Origin: a virus
Lineage: Duplodnaviria > Caudoviricetes
Direction: 5' to 3' (one strand)
IMG/VR virus record: IMGVR_UViG_3300037634_003268
Span: 1-37,548 of that record
DNA length: 37,548 nucleotides
The notes beneath the pieces were generated by a model. The model was not told where the DNA came from, searched no databases, and saw only the letters and a program-made list of their open reading frames with translations. Made by a program: the position numbers and the translations under genes. This document shows, one piece after another, positions 9,122 through 15,910 of the stretch. Position 1 is the first letter of the stretch. Each line of letters opens with the position of its first letter.

Positions 9122-9274
9122 ATGAACAAAAGACATAAATGGGGACTAGGATTAATATCTATCTTCGTTGGTATGTTCATAATATCAATTGCTACTGGAG
9201 AAATATTCGGAATAATTGCTTCACTAGCATTCATTATCATATTTGTTGTAGAACTGTTCTTCAGGAATAAATAA
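9122..9274 (+). CDS. small two-helix membrane protein
   Basis: MNKRHKW followed by two hydrophobic stretches; start moved to ATG after the tRNA. Confidence 0.55.
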   Translation: MNKRHKWGLGLISIFVGMFIISIATGEIFGIIASLAFIIIFVVELFFRNK

Positions 9275-9324
9275 TGTATACACAATGTTTACTAATACTA
9301 GGAGTTAGTACTTAAAAGATATAC

Positions 9325-9407
9325 GCACGAGTGGTGGAACGGTAGACACGCCAGCCTTAGAAGCTGGTGCTCAATAGGGCGTGAGAGTTCGACTCTCTCC
9401 TTGTGCA
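9325..9407 (+). tRNA. tRNA-Leu(TAG)
   Basis: GCACGAG/CTTGTGC acceptor, CCAGC-CTTAGAA-GCTGG, long variable arm, GAGAG-TTCGACT-CTCTC. Confidence 0.95.
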
Positions 9408-9473
9408 TGTTTTATCAACACATCAATGACGGAGGTCAACTGATGACAAAAGGAGTGCCATAGTACAATGTAA

Positions 9474-9488
9474 TCTCTCCTTGTGTAT
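9474..9488 (+). repeat. direct repeat of tRNA-Leu 3' end
   Basis: TCTCTCCTTGTGtAT vs TCTCTCCTTGTGcAT at 9394-9408. Confidence 0.6.
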
Positions 9489-9545
9489 ACGTAAGGGTAC
9501 GTAATTACAGCATTTAGGCTAACTAGTTATTATGGGGGGAGACTA

Positions 9546-9863
9546 ATGGTAAAAACAAAACGTATATTGAATCCTTCACTACCTATGCATTATAAGAGAA
9601 CTAAAGCTTATTATAGACATCAGCAACTTAGAGCAAGAGCTAAAGCAGAAAGATTAGTTAGAGAAATTTGGAAGTATGGACCCGGAGACGGTACCAGTGA
9701 ATCAACTATAGAAATGTTAATTCAAGCTCATGAGAAGAATAGAAAGAAATGTAGTTGTTCTATATGTTGTACTCCAAGAAACAATGTATGGTATAAAGAT
9801 CATACTAGACAAGAACGTATCGATAGATTCAATGTAGAGGAACAAATACAAGAAGCAGCTTAA
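9546..9863 (+). CDS. basic hypothetical protein with CSCSICC motif
   Basis: GGGAG RBS; Arg/Lys-rich N-terminus, KKCSCSICCTPR. Confidence 0.75.
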   Translation: MVKTKRILNPSLPMHYKRTKAYYRHQQLRARAKAERLVREIWKYGPGDGTSESTIEMLIQAHEKNRKKCSCSICCTPRNNVWYKDHTRQERIDRFNVEEQIQEAA

Positions 9864-9868
9864 AATGA

Positions 9869-9939
9869 GGGGCGTTAGTTCAATGGGAGAATTTGTGACT
9901 TGCACTCACAAGATGGGGGTTCGACTCCCCCACGCTCCA
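9869..9939 (+). tRNA. tRNA-Ala(TGC)
   Basis: GGGGCGT/ACGCTCC with G3:U70; TGTGA-CTTGCAC-TCACA. Confidence 0.95.
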
Positions 9940-9964
9940 TAAGTAGTTGAAATACAACAACTTA

Positions 9965-10036
9965 GGACCTATCTTATAGTGGTTATTATACCTGTCTGTC
10001 TAACAGGAGACGAGGGTTCGATTCCCTCTAGGTTCG
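9965..10036 (+). tRNA. tRNA-Asp(GTC)
   Basis: GGACCTA/TAGGTTC, G73; CCTGT-CTGTCTA-ACAGG; GAGGG-TTCGATT-CCCTC. Confidence 0.9.
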
Positions 10037-10037
10037 T

Positions 10038-10107
10038 GGAACGAAAAGGGTAGCTCCCCTTCCAGCACCGTGATTGCTGGATAGTTCCTTAATCCTATCA
10101 CGGAGGT
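10038..10107 (+). ncRNA. HNH-leader RNA motif copy B
   Basis: P1 GGAAC/GTTCC, P2 GGG-TAGCT-CCC, P3 TCCAGCA/TGCTGGA, loop CCGTGAT pairs with ATCACGG (10097-10103) overlapping SD GGAGGT. Confidence 0.85.
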
Positions 10108-10111
10108 AGAT

Positions 10112-10657
10112 ATGAAATGTAAAAATTGTAATGAAATTTTAGTACAAAAAGAAAAAGAAGAGAACAGACACTTTAAGAAAAGACAATTTTGTAATAGAAG
10201 TTGTTCAGCAACATTTAATAATAAGGGAACTAAGAGAGGACCTAAGCCCGTAGATCCAATTAGTATGTGTGCATGTGGAAACGAATTCACCATACATAGA
10301 TTGAAATCCGGAGCTTTATCTAAAACATTCTTATGTCCAGATTGTCGTCCAGCCAAAACTAAAGATGTTGATAATAGAACAAAACAATACTATTATGATA
10401 AAGGTTTAAGTAGTAGACAAGTTTCTGATAGAATAAGAACTATAGCAAGAAGAAGATTCAAAGGTTATGAGTGCGAGGTATGCGATTATGATTTATTCGT
10501 GGATGTTTGTCATATAATTCCCGTAGCAGATTTCGCTAATGATATACCTTTAAAAGTAATAAACAGCAGAAAAAATATCAGATTCCTATGTCCTAATCAT
10601 CATAGGGAACTTGATTCGGGATTTCTTCACGCAAGATCGGAGTTCGATTCTCCGTAA
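10112..10657 (+). CDS. HNH endonuclease with N-terminal Zn-finger repeats (HNH-1)
   Basis: CKNC, FCNRSC, CACG/CPDC; CEVC...DVCHIIP...N.RFLCPNHHRELD. Confidence 0.9.
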   Translation: MKCKNCNEILVQKEKEENRHFKKRQFCNRSCSATFNNKGTKRGPKPVDPISMCACGNEFTIHRLKSGALSKTFLCPDCRPAKTKDVDNRTKQYYYDKGLSSRQVSDRIRTIARRRFKGYECEVCDYDLFVDVCHIIPVADFANDIPLKVINSRKNIRFLCPNHHRELDSGFLHARSEFDSP

Positions 10658-10661
10658 GCTG
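10627..10661 (+). pseudogene. tRNA 3'-half remnant (Asp/Glu-like) embedded in the HNH-1 C-terminus
   Basis: TCAC-GCAAG-AT followed by perfect T arm CGGAG-TTCGATT-CTCCG; no matching 5' half. Confidence 0.6.
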
Positions 10662-10681
10662 GTTTCCCAAAGGAGTAACAA

Positions 10682-10915
10682 ATGATTTGTGCACAATGTA
10701 GAGAAGAAGGTAAGACAAGCACACTGAAAGTGAAACAACTAGGAAAGACATTGTTAGGGTGTCCGGGTGAGTTCTACGATGAAGTAGGCAAGTTTCATAT
10801 ACACGATCCTAACAGCATAGAAACACACTTTAAATGTAGTCAAGGTCACGAATGGACAGAGACATTAAAAGGATTTCCCTGTCCAACTTGCGGTATTAAA
10901 TATGACCTTCTGTAG
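10682..10915 (+). CDS. small Zn-binding hypothetical protein
   Basis: AAGGAG RBS; CAQC, CSQGH, CPTC; 3' end overlaps tRNA start. Confidence 0.75.
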   Translation: MICAQCREEGKTSTLKVKQLGKTLLGCPGEFYDEVGKFHIHDPNSIETHFKCSQGHEWTETLKGFPCPTCGIKYDLL

Positions 10916-10979
10916 CTTAGTCTGATAGAGCGCGTGAGTGAAGCCCACGAGGTCGTAGGTTCAAATCCTACCGGAAGGA
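10906..10979 (+). tRNA. tRNA-Phe(GAA), Pro-like body
   Basis: CCTTCTG/CGGAAGG; CGTGA-GTGAAGC-CCACG; GTAGG-TTCAAAT-CCTAC. Confidence 0.8.
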
Positions 10980-10983
10980 TACA

Positions 10984-11051
10984 TGCGGGGAGTTCTGGGA
11001 ACCGTAACCCTCATAAGGTTATCAAGGAAGGTTCGACTCCTTCTCCCGCAA
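10984..11051 (+). tRNA. tRNA-Met(CAT) with very short D loop
   Basis: TGCGGGG/TCCCGCA; GTTC-TGG-GAAC; TAACC-CTCATAA-GGTTA; GAAGG-TTCGACT-CCTTC. Confidence 0.75.
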
Positions 11052-11054
11052 TAC

Positions 11055-11088
11055 AGTGAAGTAGCTTAAGGGTAAAGCGCGACTCTCA
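11055..11088 (+). tRNA. 5' half of split tRNA(CAT) (Met or Ile2)
   Basis: AGTGAAG-TA-GCTT-AAGGGTA-AAGC-G-CGACT-CT-CA; pairs with 3' half at 11778-11815. Confidence 0.9.
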
Positions 11089-11093
11089 AATAT

Positions 11094-11159
11094 AGGACGA
11101 AAAGGGTAGCTCCCCTGTCAACTCTATACAGTTGACTAGTCCTTTTACTCGTATAGGAG
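11094..11159 (+). ncRNA. HNH-leader RNA motif copy C
   Basis: P1 AGGAC/GTCCT, P2 GGG-TAGCT-CCC, P3 GTCAACT/AGTTGAC, loop CTATAC pairs with GTATAG (11151-11156) overlapping SD GGAG. Confidence 0.85.
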
Positions 11160-11167
11160 TGATAAAC

Positions 11168-11704
11168 ATGAAACAGTGCGAATATTGTAGTGAAATTTTA
11201 ATACAAAGAGATACAGAATCAAATTACTATTTTAGAAAAAGAAGATTCTGTAATAAAAGTTGTTCTAATTTTCATTGCAAGAATGGTTTACATAATAAAA
11301 AATTATTAAAAACTAAAACATGCATTAGATGTAATACAGAATTTAACTTAGAAAGAAATGAACAAGGAAAATTCAAAGAAAGAAAAGTTTGTAATGATTG
11401 TCCGACTAACGCTCCAGGTATGGCAAACTATATGACTAAAGGGCAATTATTTGCTAGTAGATCATGGCAAGCAGCAAGAAGCACTATAGTTGATCATGCT
11501 AGAAGATTATATTTTAGTTGTAATGATAATCAGTGCAATGTGAATGAATGCACATACACTAATCATATAGAAGTTGCACACAAGAAAGCAGTGAAGGATT
11601 TTTCTGATGATACGCCAATATTAGATATCAACCATATAGATAACCTTATTGGTCTTTGTCCGAATCATCATTGGGACTACGATAACAGATTATTAAATCT
11701 TTAA
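11168..11704 (+). CDS. HNH endonuclease with N-terminal Zn-finger repeats (HNH-2), paralog of HNH-1
   Basis: CEYC, FCNKSC, CIRC/CNDC; EVAHKK...NHIDNLIGLCPNHHWDYD; ATG 11168 follows GGAG. Confidence 0.9.
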   Translation: MKQCEYCSEILIQRDTESNYYFRKRRFCNKSCSNFHCKNGLHNKKLLKTKTCIRCNTEFNLERNEQGKFKERKVCNDCPTNAPGMANYMTKGQLFASRSWQAARSTIVDHARRLYFSCNDNQCNVNECTYTNHIEVAHKKAVKDFSDDTPILDINHIDNLIGLCPNHHWDYDNRLLNL

Positions 11705-11777
11705 AGCGAAGTGGGGTAGCGGAAACTCGCGAAGATTCATAAACTTCGAGACATCGGTTCGAATCCGATCTTCGCCA
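11705..11777 (+). tRNA. nested intact tRNA(CAT), A1:C72 mismatch (initiator-like)
   Basis: AGCGAAG/CTTCGCC; GGGT/ACTC; CGAAG-ATTCATAAA-CTTCG; ATCGG-TTCGAAT-CCGAT; starts on the base after the HNH stop. Confidence 0.85.
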
Positions 11778-11815
11778 TAAGGTCGTGAGTGTGGGTTCGA
11801 GTCCCACCTTCACTA
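11778..11815 (+). tRNA. 3' half of split tRNA(CAT)
   Basis: TAA-GGTCG-TGAGT-GTGGG-TTCGAGT-CCCAC-CTTCACT-A; CTTCACT is the exact complement of AGTGAAG at 11055. Confidence 0.9.
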
Positions 11816-11851
11816 TGTAGCAATTATGTTACTTAATTTGAGGATTTAAAA

Positions 11852-12202
11852 ATGAGAACAGGTACTGAAGTAGGACCACATGAAACTCAGGTTTCTGGTA
11901 GTGATAGTAAGACTCAGGAGTTCGTAAAAAACGCACAGAAATGTGTACTTAGTGGGAGAGTTATTGAACTAACTGATCCTGCTGCTTGGTGGACAATAGA
12001 CGGAGAAACTAGTTACGCTCATGTAGATGAATGGTTAGCACAGTCAGAGGAATTTAGAATAGACATTCGTAATCGTAATACATTTTGTAATGGTATGGTT
12101 AATCCTTCACTCGCACGAATAGATAATAGAAAAGCCAATACTATTGCCACTGATAGAATAAACGCTGCACGCAAAGAGAAAATAGAAGCAGCCAGGGAAT
12201 AA
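11852..12202 (+). CDS. hypothetical protein
   Basis: GAGGA RBS; 116 aa. Confidence 0.75.
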   Translation: MRTGTEVGPHETQVSGSDSKTQEFVKNAQKCVLSGRVIELTDPAAWWTIDGETSYAHVDEWLAQSEEFRIDIRNRNTFCNGMVNPSLARIDNRKANTIATDRINAARKEKIEAARE

Positions 12203-12205
12203 CGA

Positions 12206-12445
12206 ATGAACGAAGTAACGGCAGACGATATTATATATATGTTAGATGCAGTCACTGCTCTAGGTAAAGAACTAGGTAATAATGTCGTATGGGAACAGTA
12301 TACTGATGTACGTAATATGCTTGGAATGAATTGTATCCATACAAGACAAGCAGCTAGAAATCTCATAGAGAACAAACAGGCTTTCGAAAAACTAAAGATT
12401 CTATATAAAAGTATGGAGCCAGTATTTACGGAGCAAATCGAATGA
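12206..12445 (+). CDS. hypothetical protein
   Basis: Tightly packed; ATGA overlap with next gene. Confidence 0.7.
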   Translation: MNEVTADDIIYMLDAVTALGKELGNNVVWEQYTDVRNMLGMNCIHTRQAARNLIENKQAFEKLKILYKSMEPVFTEQIE

Positions 12446-13158
12446 CCGAATTAGATCCAGAAGAGATAGCATTAGTAGAGTATGAGAAACAAAACGAACT
12501 TGTAGATCCCGCACTAATCCCTCTAGATATCAAAAAATTACTACATAAATATTACGGTGTAACTTTACCTGACTTTACTAATAAGCAGATGAATGATGTC
12601 ATAGAGATGTTAGCTGTACCGGGTAAGATGGCACGAAGAGCTACTGCTATTGTATGTATAGGTGAAGGTACTGAGAACATAGACGCATGTCCTTATGCCC
12701 ATACCTGTCCCCTAGTAGCAGCAGGCAAACCACCACTCGGTAGTGTATGTCCATTTGAAGATGCAATGATCGATTCATACTTAAGTAGTTATATGACTGA
12801 ACTAGAAGTACGAGCTGAAAACATTATAGAAATGGCACAGCTCAAAGATGTAATTACAATAGACCTACTACTTCAAAGATCTACTGGAGTACTCGCTGAT
12901 AATGGATTAGCTGATGAGAATGTAGTAGCAGTATTACAGAAGCCAGGTCAAGAAGCTAGTGTTCTATATAGAAAAGATCTTAGTCATGCTCTTATGGCTA
13001 TGGATAAATTATTAATGCGTAAGGAACGAATACTCAAATCTCTTAGAGCAACCAGAGAATCTAGAGCTGGAGATATGACCAAGGCATTAGATCCTGCAAC
13101 AATTATGGCACAAATTAGAAACAAGATCGAAGGTGGCGATATAGAAGATGCTGAATAA
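12442..13158 (+). CDS. Cys-rich hypothetical protein with helical C-terminus (possible small terminase, unverified)
   Basis: C...CPYAHTCPL...CPFE cluster; coiled C-terminus. Confidence 0.6.
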   Translation: MTELDPEEIALVEYEKQNELVDPALIPLDIKKLLHKYYGVTLPDFTNKQMNDVIEMLAVPGKMARRATAIVCIGEGTENIDACPYAHTCPLVAAGKPPLGSVCPFEDAMIDSYLSSYMTELEVRAENIIEMAQLKDVITIDLLLQRSTGVLADNGLADENVVAVLQKPGQEASVLYRKDLSHALMAMDKLLMRKERILKSLRATRESRAGDMTKALDPATIMAQIRNKIEGGDIEDAE

Positions 13159-13627
13159 GTTATTTAATACAGCTAAAGAACGACTGATGAAAAGTGCTGA
13201 AACTATATCTAAGAGTGCTAAGACACATGCAAAGAATGCACGAGTTGGAGTAGATAAGAAGTATAAGAAAGTCAGTTCTGATGTCAGTGCTGCTACCAAG
13301 AGAGCAGAAAGTAAGTTAGGAGTTAATGTAACAGAAAAGGTAGCTAAAATTCCTGAAGCAGTTCGACTCTTGAGTGGTAAACAAAAAATAGTAATAGGTA
13401 TTGTAGGATTAATGCTTGCAAATAGAGTATTGAGAGAAACATATACATCATTTAGTATGAGCTCACAGAATACTCCACCTCCAGCATATCAAGGTACATA
13501 CGGAGCAATAGAAGGAATGAGACACACCAATCCGAGAAGACCATTCAATAGCGACTTTGGATCGGGGTTAAAGTTAAATAGAGTTGCCAATCGAAAAATT
13601 ATGCCCCAGAGACATACTCAATGGTAA
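13148..13627 (+). CDS. basic hypothetical protein with one hydrophobic helix, possible internal virion protein
   Basis: IVIGIVGLMLA; GAIEGMRH...SDFGSG. Confidence 0.6.
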   Translation: MLNKLFNTAKERLMKSAETISKSAKTHAKNARVGVDKKYKKVSSDVSAATKRAESKLGVNVTEKVAKIPEAVRLLSGKQKIVIGIVGLMLANRVLRETYTSFSMSSQNTPPPAYQGTYGAIEGMRHTNPRRPFNSDFGSGLKLNRVANRKIMPQRHTQW

Positions 13628-13857
13628 CTATCAGAATAGATGCGGATTCCCTCAGTGAGGGGTGTTATACATTTGAGTACGAGAATACCTCACTACAATG
13701 TGAGAGATGTGAAGAGGAATCCAACTATCACGATATAGAACGAGATGACGAAATAATTACAGGAGAAGAAATAGAAATAGATAGGTGTCCTCATTGTGGT
13801 GCACATGGTTCATTTAAATATGAACTAGAAGAATTCGATGAAGTACATATGATTTAA
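13621..13857 (+). CDS. acidic Zn-ribbon hypothetical protein
   Basis: CERC and CPHC. Confidence 0.65.
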   Translation: MVTIRIDADSLSEGCYTFEYENTSLQCERCEEESNYHDIERDDEIITGEEIEIDRCPHCGAHGSFKYELEEFDEVHMI

Positions 13858-13932
13858 CTAGGTATAGCTCAGTACGGCCAGAGCGCGTGGCCTGGGACCA
13901 CGAAGTCGGGGGTTCGAATCCCTCTACCTAGA
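13858..13932 (+). tRNA. tRNA-Pro(TGG) with C33
   Basis: CTAGGTA/TACCTAG; CGTGG-CCTGGGA-CCACG; GGGGG-TTCGAAT-CCCTC. Confidence 0.9.
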
Positions 13933-13936
13933 TTTT

Positions 13937-14009
13937 TCCCAAGTAGCTCAATTGGCAGAGCGCTAGACTGTGGCTCTGGAGGTCGCGGGTTCGAATCCAT
14001 CCTTGGGAG
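13937..14009 (+). tRNA. tRNA with GTG (His) anticodon but Asn-like acceptor
   Basis: TCCCAAG/CTTGGGA, G73, no G-1; CTAGA-CTGTGGC-TCTGG; two mismatches in T stem. Confidence 0.75.
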
Positions 14010-14010
14010 T

Positions 14011-15147
14011 ATGATTACACCAGAGCAGGACAAAATCTTACAGGATTTTGCAGATAATTTAATTAATAATCAAGTAGATCTAGATCCAGAAGCAGCACAG
14101 ATTCTGGAGGATAATTTTTGGGACCTTATTGGACCTATGGACGGGAGACTATTGAATTATAACGAAATAATACATAAAATATTAGAACTCAAGCAAGAGT
14201 TGTTGGTATTTCCTAAGAATCAGTCATATATTAGGGCACAACTAAATGATTTACAAAGAAAAGCTGATGAATTATTGAATACGGGAACACCCACAGATAC
14301 CCCAGAACAAGAAATAAATAAGAAACTAAAACAATTAAAGACACTACAAGAAGATCTTCGTACCTCAACTGGGGAAAGAAGAAGGTCTATCTATATGGCG
14401 ATACAGCGTCTAACATTACAATTGACTCCGCGTAATCCTTCAGATAATGTAGAGCGACCCAAAATACCTAATAATTTGTTAACTGATCTAGTAGCATATT
14501 GGGCATTAGATGAAGCATCAGGAACAAGAGCTGACTCACATACTAATTCATATGATCTAGATGTCGTATTAAATGCTCCATCTCCTATAGCTGGAATAAA
14601 TGGTAATGGAGTTGATCTTGAACTTGGTTCGACCCAATGTTTGAATACTACTAATGCTGGATTATTATCTACTATGAGTGGCATTCGAAAGTTATCTATG
14701 TCTTGTTGGGTACGATTTGAAAGTATACCAACCTCATGGATATGTAGATCAGAGCAATCGGGACATCTACAATATACTACGGCAGGAGGATTAAGGTTTG
14801 GTCCAACATCTTCAGCAGGTGGCGGTGGAGTTGGCGAAGCATCAGTTAGTCCTGCAACCACATATCACGTAGTAGCTACATTTGATGGAACTAATGCCAC
14901 TGCAGCAGATAGATGCGAAATTTATATAGATGGATCTCTAGTCCCAACTACTAATACTTATGGAACTATTGCTTCTGTAACTGGCACATGTACTGCATTT
15001 ACACTTGGTGCATCGAATGCTTCAGGTGGAGCTGCAATGGATGGATGGTTAGATGAGTTTGCAATATGGACGAAGACATTGAATGCTACAGATGTAGCTA
15101 ATCTTTATAAAGGTGGCACTGGACTTTTCTATGGCGATTTCGATTAA
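14011..15147 (+). CDS. LamG/concanavalin A-like lectin domain protein with helical N-terminal extension
   Basis: LVAYWALDEASGT, SMSCWVR, YHVVATFDG, IYIDG, GWLDEFAIWTKTL. Confidence 0.85.
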   Translation: MITPEQDKILQDFADNLINNQVDLDPEAAQILEDNFWDLIGPMDGRLLNYNEIIHKILELKQELLVFPKNQSYIRAQLNDLQRKADELLNTGTPTDTPEQEINKKLKQLKTLQEDLRTSTGERRRSIYMAIQRLTLQLTPRNPSDNVERPKIPNNLLTDLVAYWALDEASGTRADSHTNSYDLDVVLNAPSPIAGINGNGVDLELGSTQCLNTTNAGLLSTMSGIRKLSMSCWVRFESIPTSWICRSEQSGHLQYTTAGGLRFGPTSSAGGGGVGEASVSPATTYHVVATFDGTNATAADRCEIYIDGSLVPTTNTYGTIASVTGTCTAFTLGASNASGGAAMDGWLDEFAIWTKTLNATDVANLYKGGTGLFYGDFD

Positions 15148-15160
15148 TAGGTGATATAAA

Positions 15161-15535
15161 ATGAATCAAGCAACAAGAGACACAGTAGATGCATTCGTTA
15201 CCTCTGTATATGATGGCATCCAGACCGCACAAGATACATACAAATTAAATAATAGAGATGATAATAGATATGAGAATGGTAGATTCTTTAATGAACCATC
15301 TACTCATAATGTATATCCTGCAGATGGCGTACTAAAGAATAAAAATAATGCATGGACAGAGAAGACTCTTCCTACTACAATGCCTTGCTCATTACGAACT
15401 AGCGTATTAGAGTACAGAGATCAGATGGGTTGGTTACTCATTATAGATTATTTAGATGATGGAATTCATTATCAGAAAATAATAGATACCCTTGATGTAT
15501 TGAGTCAAGATTGGTTAGAGGTACCCTCAACCTAA
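15161..15535 (+). CDS. hypothetical protein
   Basis: AGGTG RBS; follows LamG gene. Confidence 0.75.
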   Translation: MNQATRDTVDAFVTSVYDGIQTAQDTYKLNNRDDNRYENGRFFNEPSTHNVYPADGVLKNKNNAWTEKTLPTTMPCSLRTSVLEYRDQMGWLLIIDYLDDGIHYQKIIDTLDVLSQDWLEVPST

Positions 15536-15560
15536 AAATGGGGCTAGTGCTTTTATGTAG

Positions 15561-15634
15561 GGAAGTATGACAGAGAGGTAATGTGCCCGGAGGCTTGGGT
15601 TAAACCAACGTTGGTTCGATTCCAATTGCTTCCG
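15561..15634 (+). pseudogene. tRNA-Ser-like gene lacking a canonical anticodon loop
   Basis: GGAAGTA/TGCTTCC, G73, D arm ACA/TGT and T arm GTTGG-TTCGATT-CCAAT intact; centre GCCCGGAGGCTTGGGTTAAACCAAC. Confidence 0.75.
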
Positions 15635-15644
15635 TTGAGGATTT

Positions 15645-15905
15645 ATGAGAAAGAAATTAATTATGAGTTTAGATGCACTTTGTGATTTACTAACTAGTGT
15701 ACATAAAGTACCGGACGATTGTATACTTAATAAAGATATAGTAATTAAACATGTGGAAATGATTCATGAACAAGATGCATTAGTAATACATGTTGATACA
15801 TTAGATGAAATAAAGACTCCAGAATTAGAAATAGCGCAAATGGAAGAATTATATACTGAACAAGATTTAAAAGATCAAAAAGTTGTTGTAATATCAATGA
15901 ACTAA
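15645..15905 (+). CDS. hypothetical protein
   Basis: GAGGA RBS; 86 aa. Confidence 0.7.
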   Translation: MRKKLIMSLDALCDLLTSVHKVPDDCILNKDIVIKHVEMIHEQDALVIHVDTLDEIKTPELEIAQMEELYTEQDLKDQKVVVISMN

Positions 15906-15910
15906 AACTT

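Larger units (their letters stand above)
11089..11777 (+). mobile_element. 689-bp insertion in tRNA anticodon: RNA leader + HNH gene + intact tRNA(CAT)
   Basis: Removing it rejoins CT-CA|TAA to give a perfect cloverleaf; CA dinucleotide present at both junctions. Confidence 0.85.

Noticed and set aside
9440-9470. Hammerhead ribozyme (CTGATGA)
   Set aside because: No stem II followed by GAAA core
10038-10107. Theta (HDV-like) ribozyme at tRNA 3' end
   Set aside because: Position fits, but topology is a three-way junction with two hairpins inside P1, not the nested double pseudoknot; self-cleavage still untested
10112-11704. IscB/HEARO-type RNA-guided nuclease
   Set aside because: Proteins are about 180 aa with no RuvC or PLMP motifs, and the leader is only about 70 nt
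11089-11777. Group I or group II intron in tRNA(CAT)
   Set aside because: Insert is fully occupied by leader, ORF and tRNA; no P7 core or domain V seen; no border choice gives a U-ending exon with a G-ending intron and a 7-nt loop
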